Assembly: GCA_963719225.1 (NCBI GenBank)
Contig: CAVRAY010000001.1
Location: 1,856,001 to 1,920,000 of the forward strand
Length of the DNA: 64,000 nucleotides
From: Thermoanaerobaculia bacterium
Lineage (GTDB): Bacteria; Acidobacteriota; Thermoanaerobaculia; UBA5066
Direction of reading: 5' to 3'
Shown here in pieces: positions 57,864 through 64,000 of this stretch. The notes beneath the pieces were generated by a model. That model did not search any database. It saw only the letters and a list, made by a program, of their open reading frames with translations, and was not told the DNA's origin. A program made the translations under genes and the position numbers. Position 1 is the first letter of the stretch. Every line of letters starts with the position of its first letter.

Positions 57864-60380
57864 ATGAGCGCCCTTCGGACGACGGGAGCCCTCTTCGCCT
57901 TCCTGGTTCTCTCTGCCGCTCGTCCGTCCGCCGCTGATTCGGACCTCTCCGTTCGGATGTGCGGTACGGCGTATCCCGATGCAAGCGCCAGTCTGATTCA
58001 GGGGAATTACACGGCGACGGTAACGAATATCGGACCCCAGCCTGCTACGGGCGTCACCGTTCGCTTTTCTCCTTCGGGATCCGTGGCTCCCAGCCAGGGC
58101 CAGTGCGCGGGCAGCCCACCGTTTCAGGGTGATTGCAACCTGGGGACCCTGGCGCCCGGCGCCCACGCCACGGTCACACTCTCGACGTTTGTTTCCGATG
58201 GACAAACGCAGAGCGTCAGCGTCATAGGAGACCAGCCAGACCCCGTCCCCTCCAACAACAGCACCGGCATCACCGTGTCGACCGTGGACTGCGACGATCT
58301 CTCGCAAAGCTGTCCGCTCCTGGTCTTCCTCGGGAAGGCGATCTGCGAGCGACGCGAGAGAGACGCGTGTAACGGCGGGTCTTCCGGACCGACCACGCCG
58401 ACGGGAGCCCGTGGCTCTCTTGCCGCTCGACTTGCCGCTCGTGTCGGATTCGCGGCGACCTCGTCGCTTTCGGCGCAGACTTTCTTCGACCTCCGCGACA
58501 AGGTCTTCGGCTCGACACCTTCCGGACGCCGGTACACGCAGCTCTATTACGGATACGGCCCGGAAGTGACCCGGCTCATATTGGCCAGCTCCGCGCTCGC
58601 CGATCAGGGCCTTTCGACGGCGACGCTGTGGCAAGGCAACGTGCAGGCCCTCGTCGACGGACGAGGCAACGCCGCCACGATCTCGTCGGCCCAGGTCGAC
58701 GCATTGAGCTCTTTCATCGAGTCCTTGAAGTCCGCCGGCAGCCCCGAGCTTCGAGCCGTTCTTTCGCGCGAGCAGGCGGCCCTGAATCTGCCCTCGCTCG
58801 CCGGGAAGACCATGCCGCAGGCCTGGGCGCACCAGCAACAGACGACGCCCGCCACCGTCACGCTCCCCGCGGCCGCGTCGATCCACGGCCTGAACGGCAG
58901 CTTCTTCCACTCCGACCTCAGCCTCCTCAACGCGTCGGCCACGTCCGCGGCTCCCGTGTCTCTCCGTTATCGCTGCTTCACGGGCACCTGCCCGAACAAC
59001 CTCCAGACGCTGACGCTCGCGCCGGCCGAGATGAAGAGCCTGGGGGACGTCGTCGGCACCCTCTTCAACGCGCCCGAGTCGGCGGGCCCGATCGAGATCG
59101 TGGGCGACGTGATCGCCGACAGCCGCGTCTACACCCCTGAAAAGCCGTCTCCGACGACGGGAGCCCTCGTGCCTGGCTTGACGGTCGACGAGGCCGTGGC
59201 TGAGGCGGTCCTCCTGTCCCTGTCGCACTCCGTGGACCGGGGAAAGGGCTTCCGCACGAACGCCGGCATCTACAACCCGGGCGCCGAATCGCTCCGCGTG
59301 ACCTTCGCGGTCTATGAACCTTCGGGGAATCGCATCGGCGAGACGTCCCGGGACGTCGGACCCGGAGTGGCGCTGCAGGTCAACGACCTCTTTGGATCGT
59401 CGGGAATCACGAGGGACGTACAGGACGCGTACACCCTCGTGACCGGAGACGGCATCCGGGAGTTTTTCGCCTACGCCACCGTCATCGACAATCAGTCGCA
59501 GGACCAGGTCTTCGTCAGGGGCCGCAACGCGCGCGGCGTTCCTACGGGCACGGCCACGCTCCCGACCGCGGCCTCCATCCATGGCTTGAACGGCGCTTTT
59601 TTCCACTCGGATGTCCGCGTCTTCAACCCTTCCCTGATCGCACCCGCGAACGTCACGGCCCGGTACAGGTGCTTCACAGGCTCGTGCCCGGGCACGTCGC
59701 AGACCTTCACCGTGGCTCCGCGTGAAATGAAGGCCTTCGACGACGTCGTGGCCACGCTTTTTTCGGCGCCCGAGTCTGCGGGTCCGATCGAGCTCGCGGG
59801 AGCGGTCCTGGTCGACAGCCGCGTCTATACGCCGGGGAAGCCCGCCGCGACGACCGGTGACGACGTGCCCGCTCTGCGGGATGACCAGGCGTCCTCCACT
59901 CTCGTGCTGACCTCGCTGAGCCGCTCCTCGAATCCGGGGGCGGGCTTCCGCACGAACGTCGGCGTCTACAACCCGGGGATCTTCTCTCTGACCGTCAGCT
60001 TTTCACTGTACGGTCCGTCGGGTCAGTCCCTGGGTACCGCGACACGCTCGCTGGACGCGGGATCCGCCCTGCAGATCAACGACATCTTCGGCGCCGCGGG
60101 CGTCGTGGGCGACGTCCCGAATGCCTACTGCATCGTGAGCGGCAGCGGGTTCGGCACTCCCTTCGGCCTCGGCAAGTTCTTCACGTACGCGACCGTCGTC
60201 GACAACCAGTCCCAGGACACGACCTTCGTGGTCGGACGAGCTCTTCCAACGGGAGCGATCGGGGCTGCAGTCGCCGGATTCGATGGTCCTTCGTCCCGAA
60301 GCCTCATCGCACTCGTTCCCCTCATCGCGCTCGTGACGACTCGATCGCTTCGCCGGAAGAACCTGTCTAACGGCGTTTGA
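57864..60380 (+). CDS. Secreted DUF11-domain protein with two tandem ~230-aa repeats and a C-terminal membrane anchor
   Basis: Signal peptide; VTNIGPQPATGV..C.LGTLAPG..DPVPSNN; duplicated TLP.AASIHGLNG.FFHSD..DNQSQD units. Confidence 0.85.
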   Translation: MSALRTTGALFAFLVLSAARPSAADSDLSVRMCGTAYPDASASLIQGNYTATVTNIGPQPATGVTVRFSPSGSVAPSQGQCAGSPPFQGDCNLGTLAPGAHATVTLSTFVSDGQTQSVSVIGDQPDPVPSNNSTGITVSTVDCDDLSQSCPLLVFLGKAICERRERDACNGGSSGPTTPTGARGSLAARLAARVGFAATSSLSAQTFFDLRDKVFGSTPSGRRYTQLYYGYGPEVTRLILASSALADQGLSTATLWQGNVQALVDGRGNAATISSAQVDALSSFIESLKSAGSPELRAVLSREQAALNLPSLAGKTMPQAWAHQQQTTPATVTLPAAASIHGLNGSFFHSDLSLLNASATSAAPVSLRYRCFTGTCPNNLQTLTLAPAEMKSLGDVVGTLFNAPESAGPIEIVGDVIADSRVYTPEKPSPTTGALVPGLTVDEAVAEAVLLSLSHSVDRGKGFRTNAGIYNPGAESLRVTFAVYEPSGNRIGETSRDVGPGVALQVNDLFGSSGITRDVQDAYTLVTGDGIREFFAYATVIDNQSQDQVFVRGRNARGVPTGTATLPTAASIHGLNGAFFHSDVRVFNPSLIAPANVTARYRCFTGSCPGTSQTFTVAPREMKAFDDVVATLFSAPESAGPIELAGAVLVDSRVYTPGKPAATTGDDVPALRDDQASSTLVLTSLSRSSNPGAGFRTNVGVYNPGIFSLTVSFSLYGPSGQSLGTATRSLDAGSALQINDIFGAAGVVGDVPNAYCIVSGSGFGTPFGLGKFFTYATVVDNQSQDTTFVVGRALPTGAIGAAVAGFDGPSSRSLIALVPLIALVTTRSLRRKNLSNGV

Positions 60381-60412
60381 CCGCTGCCGCCCGCCGAGCC
60401 TAAGGTGCGCGC

Positions 60413-60748
60413 GTGCAGGAATCCCAACGACGCGTCCTGGCCGCGCGGATCATCGCCCTCGTCGCCGATGCCGTTCAGGTCGGGCTGCTGCCGCTCTTCG
60501 CCGGGGGTGCCCCGGAGGGCTTCGACGCGGTGCTCGACGTCGCGGTCGGCGCCGCGATGATCGCTCTGCTCGGTTGGCACTGGGCGTTCCTTCCCGCCTT
60601 CCTCGCGGAGCTCGTTCCCGTCGTCGATCTCGCACCGACGTGGACGATCGCGGTGCTCATCGCCACGCGGCGCGCGGGCTGGTCCGGGGCGCCAGAGCCG
60701 GGGGTTCCGACAGAACCCCCCCTCCTGCCTCCCGCCGCCCGCCGTTGA
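60413..60748 (+). CDS. Small membrane protein
   Basis: Hydrophobic; LGWHWAFLPAFLAELVP..DLAPTWTIAV. Confidence 0.7.
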   Translation: MQESQRRVLAARIIALVADAVQVGLLPLFAGGAPEGFDAVLDVAVGAAMIALLGWHWAFLPAFLAELVPVVDLAPTWTIAVLIATRRAGWSGAPEPGVPTEPPLLPPAARR

Positions 60749-60980
60749 AGCCGAGGCCCGACACACGAACGAGAATTGCTCGAATCTCGTGAGAGTTGGG
60801 GCCCAACGGGGACGATCCAGGTGCCCGGCCTTCGGAGATTTGGTGCGTGGTATCCCGTTGCGGCCAATCGAGATGTTGAAAAATACAACGATGGATAGGG
60901 GGCTTTTTAAGGCATCTTGATCATGTTTATCCTCAACCTTGCTTGTAACGTATGGGTACTTGCGGATCGAGGAGGCGACC

Positions 60981-61613
60981 ATGACCACCACCCTCGAAAC
61001 GAGCACCGCCCTCATGCAGCCCGAGGCGGCGCCGTTGGGGCTCTCCGGGCTGTTGACGGGCTCCGAGCCATTCAAATGCTCGGAGAGCCCGCTCGACCTG
61101 ACGCTTCTCGACTTCTGGAAGTGGAGCGAATCCGACCTCTTGAACAGCCTGACGCGCACGCGGCTCGCCGAATTCATCGTGGCGACGGCCCTCGGCGCGC
61201 GTGCGGACGGGCCGCGCGACGAGCGCTCATCCCTCGAGCTGGTGACGCCGGACGGTGTCGGAGTCCGCGTCAAGTCGGGCTCGTTTCTCAAGAGCTTTCA
61301 CCAGCGGGATCTATCGAAGGTGGTCTTCATCCCGCAAGTCCGGCCCACATATGCCCACGCCGGCAGCGGTCATCACGCGACGTCCCGGCCTCTGGTCTAC
61401 GTCTTCGCGCTCCTGGATCACGTGGAAAGAGCGACGGTCGATCCGCTCGATCTCGACCAGTGGCGTTTCTTCATTCCGCCGACGTCGAAGCTCGAGACGC
61501 TCGTGACCGAACAGCAGCACGCGCTCTCCGTGCCGACGCTCGACGAGCTTTCGTCGGGAAGCGTGGCCTTCGAGAACCTCCGGGCCGCCGTCCAGAAGGC
61601 CGTGGGCTCCTGA
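60981..61613 (+). CDS. Hypothetical protein resembling a degenerate PD-(D/E)xK nuclease-fold family
   Basis: GAGGAGG RBS; LLDFWKWS.SDLL, LAEFIVA.ALG, TPDG..V.VKS, YVFAL, PLDLDQW.F. Confidence 0.7.
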   Translation: MTTTLETSTALMQPEAAPLGLSGLLTGSEPFKCSESPLDLTLLDFWKWSESDLLNSLTRTRLAEFIVATALGARADGPRDERSSLELVTPDGVGVRVKSGSFLKSFHQRDLSKVVFIPQVRPTYAHAGSGHHATSRPLVYVFALLDHVERATVDPLDLDQWRFFIPPTSKLETLVTEQQHALSVPTLDELSSGSVAFENLRAAVQKAVGS

Positions 61614-61716
61614 GCGGGGGAGACCGAAGCAGGATTTGATTCGCCGCCACCGGCTGAATCCGGTGCCCGGCTCAACATGGATTCCGCGGACAGCGGATCC
61701 CAAGGAGATTCGAAAC

Positions 61717-62046
61717 ATGAAGAAGTCCCGTATCTCGGTCCTCGTCGCGGTTGCGGCTCTAGGCGTCGGCACGGCCGCGCTCGCCACGATGGACGCGCAG
61801 AAGCAGTTCGGCGCCGCGTACCCGGACGCGAAGGCGATCACGAAGTGCTCCACCTGCCATACGAAGGCGATGCCGAAAAAGGGCGAAGCCGACGTGAACG
61901 CCTACGGCAAGGCGCTCGGCAAGGCCGACAAGAGCGGCAAGTTCGACTTCGCGAAGATCGGAAAGGCGGACAGCGACGGCGACGGCGTGTCCAACCTCGA
62001 CGAGATCAAAAAGGGCACGAATCCCGGCGATCCGGCGTCGAAGTAA
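61717..62046 (+). CDS. Small secreted monoheme c-type cytochrome with a Ca-binding (TSP3-like) repeat
   Basis: AAGGAG RBS, signal peptide, CSTCH, DSDGDGVSNLDEI..GTNP.D. Confidence 0.82.
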   Translation: MKKSRISVLVAVAALGVGTAALATMDAQKQFGAAYPDAKAITKCSTCHTKAMPKKGEADVNAYGKALGKADKSGKFDFAKIGKADSDGDGVSNLDEIKKGTNPGDPASK

Positions 62047-62060
62047 GCCTCTTGGGATCG

Positions 62061-62097
62061 GGCCCGGGGAGACGCATTCCCGGGCCTTCTTTTGCTT
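62061..62097 (+). terminator. Intrinsic terminator
   Basis: GGCCCGGG..CCCGGGCC hairpin followed by TTCTTTTGCTT. Confidence 0.75.
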
Positions 62098-63348
62098 TCA
62101 GCGCGGCCTGGGCGGTTCGGGAAGCGTGCGCCGGAGTTGCGCGATCAGGTCCAAGGGCTTTCCGTCGCGGCGCAGGCCGAGCGTCACGCGGTCTCCCCAA
62201 CGTTTCGCGGCGAGCAGGGTCGCGAGCGATTCCTTGTCGCGCACCGATGAGCCATCAAACGCGAGCAGCAGGTCTCCGGTCCTCACGCCGGCCACCGCCG
62301 CCACCGAATCCTTCTCGACGTCGATGACTGCGAGCGGCGCTCCCTCCTTCCCTTCGCGCGTCGAAAGGCCCAGAGTGGGATAGAGCGGCGCGGCCTCGCG
62401 TGGGACGCCCCAGAGGTAATCCGCGTACGAGGCGCGAGCGGAGACGGCCTCGCCCTTCTCTCCGGGAACCTCGATCGGGACGAGCGAAGCCACGGGCGCG
62501 TCGGAGAAGACCCTAGCCTGTCGCTCGATGCCGAGGCCGTACGCGACGTGGCCCGAACCAGCCAGGAGGACGAGGATGGCGCCTGGCGGAGCGGACTTGA
62601 GAGCGTTGGCTGCGTTGAATGCCATCGTGGCGTCCCACGTGCATTGCGCGCGGAACATCCCGTCGAGCGCGTCTTCCGTGAGACCGCTGTGCAGACCGGC
62701 GTCGGCGCCCAGAAATGCCTTGAAGAGCTTTCGATGCTCGGCGCTGTCCATGTCGACGCGGGCGGGAACGTGTGCCGCCTCTTCCGATGTCAGATTCGCG
62801 AATCCCTTCTTGCGGACCGCGGAGACGACCTCCCGCGGCGTATTCACGCCCGCGAGAGCGAGGCCCCGCTCCCTCGCGAAGAGGAAGATGTCGCGGTAGT
62901 AACCCCAGTTGTAGCTCCAGTGCCGATACCAGCGCGACAAGGCGAGGAATCCGTCTTCGGTGAGCTGCCCCTTCGACCAGCGATCGAGCCAGGCCTGTTC
63001 CGTGTACGGGTACATTTCGAGGCCGACGAGCACCGGGCGCCCGGACGTCACGAGAGCCTCCAGGACGCGGCGCTCCACGCGGTGGGATTCGATGCTCGTG
63101 TGTCCCTCTCCCACGAGAAGGATGCGGGCCTTCCCGAGGCGCGAGGCGAGCTCGTCCGGCGTGAGCGCGTCTCCGTTTCGCGTGTCGACGATCGCGTCGA
63201 GGGTCACCGCGACGTGACGGTCGCGCCGGGCCGGGTCACCGACGGCGAGGTCCAGCGGCCCCTCGGCTGCCCGCGCGGCGAATCCGGCACCGAGACCGAG
63301 AGCAAGAATCAGCGGGAGACGGGTGGAAAGGGGAACGTTTCGGCTCAT
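62098..63348 (-). CDS. ChaN (haem-uptake/TIKI-like) family protein with C-terminal PDZ domain
   Basis: LVGEGH, GLEM, AQCTWDATMA, AGSGHV; VEKDSVAAVAGVRTGD PDZ. Confidence 0.85.
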   Translation of the reverse strand: MSRNVPLSTRLPLILALGLGAGFAARAAEGPLDLAVGDPARRDRHVAVTLDAIVDTRNGDALTPDELASRLGKARILLVGEGHTSIESHRVERRVLEALVTSGRPVLVGLEMYPYTEQAWLDRWSKGQLTEDGFLALSRWYRHWSYNWGYYRDIFLFARERGLALAGVNTPREVVSAVRKKGFANLTSEEAAHVPARVDMDSAEHRKLFKAFLGADAGLHSGLTEDALDGMFRAQCTWDATMAFNAANALKSAPPGAILVLLAGSGHVAYGLGIERQARVFSDAPVASLVPIEVPGEKGEAVSARASYADYLWGVPREAAPLYPTLGLSTREGKEGAPLAVIDVEKDSVAAVAGVRTGDLLLAFDGSSVRDKESLATLLAAKRWGDRVTLGLRRDGKPLDLIAQLRRTLPEPPRPR

Positions 63349-63367
63349 CGACCTTCTCGCAGCGGCC

Positions 63368-64000
63368 TCAGGGCAGCGTGGCGAGATCCTCCATCTCCGT
63401 GCCGGTATAGACGTGGACTCCCGTCGGGCGTTCCCGCGCGACGGCGACCATCGCGCGCGCGACCGTGTCGGCCCTGATGGGCCGGTATTTCCGCGCGGGT
63501 CCGATCAGGACGAACGAAAAGAATCGCGCGGCTGCGATCCCGGCCGACTCCCCCCGCCGCTTCTCGCCCCTCGAGCCGACGAGAAACGACGGTCGGAAAA
63601 CGTGAAGGCCCGCGAAACCGAGCTTCGCGACGGCATCCTCGGCCTCGCCCTTCACCCGGCTGTAGAAGACACGCGACTTCGGGTCGGCGCCGATCGCGCT
63701 CACGAGATAGAAGTGGTCCGCGCCCGTTCGGATGGAGGTCTCCGCGAGGCGGACGACGTATTCGTAGTCGACCTTTCGGAACGCCGCCTCGGAACCGGCC
63801 TTCTTCATCGTCGTCCCGAGACAGCAGAAGACGTCGTGCACGCGCGGAAACGCCGACATCCTTCCGAGCCGTTCGAAGTCGACCGTACGCTGCTCGAGGC
63901 GCTTGTGCGTTACGTTTATCGGGCCGCGGACGAAGGCGACGACGTGCTCGTGCAGCCCGCTCGCGAGGAGACGGCGGAGGCAGTGCCCGCCCACGAGACC
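63368..64000 (-). CDS. NAD(P)-binding oxidoreductase (YraR/TIP30-like), 5' end outside the window
   Basis: GLVG, FCCLGTT.KKAGS, FRKVDY, YSRVKGEAE, RPS.L.G. Confidence 0.88.
   Translation of the reverse strand, partial: GLVGGHCLRRLLASGLHEHVVAFVRGPINVTHKRLEQRTVDFERLGRMSAFPRVHDVFCCLGTTMKKAGSEAAFRKVDYEYVVRLAETSIRTGADHFYLVSAIGADPKSRVFYSRVKGEAEDAVAKLGFAGLHVFRPSFLVGSRGEKRRGESAGIAAARFFSFVLIGPARKYRPIRADTVARAMVAVARERPTGVHVYTGTEMEDLATLP

Overview
High-GC bacterial chromosomal window, most consistent with an Acidobacteriota (Thermoanaerobaculia-like) genome; the taxonomy is inferred from gene content. About 60 CDS are supported: mutS 3' end, a degenerate nagZ-like gene, ssb, murJ, two VapBC modules, a leucine/methylcrotonyl-CoA degradation cluster, a RomR-like regulator, valS-birA-rlmD-comEC-miaA-hfq, Ku with a coupled HTH-TPR gene, a P-type ATPase, feoAB, an RND efflux operon, three FG-GAP/ASPIC-UnbV proteins and several secreted proteins, plus tRNA-Gly(CCC). 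The most striking unexplained signal is a dispersed AT-rich DNA motif, [purine tract]-GATTTCTTAGAAGG(T/G)GAA. About 17 near-exact and 10 or more variant copies were found by eye. It occurs inside and between genes, in different reading frames, mostly as convergent (+ then -) groups, and sometimes supplies start/stop codons or in-frame peptide insertions. Also noted: a candidate ~200-nt sRNA, apparently widespread leaderless transcription, and several possible pseudo-enzymes. All calls are from reading the sequence; no searches were run.
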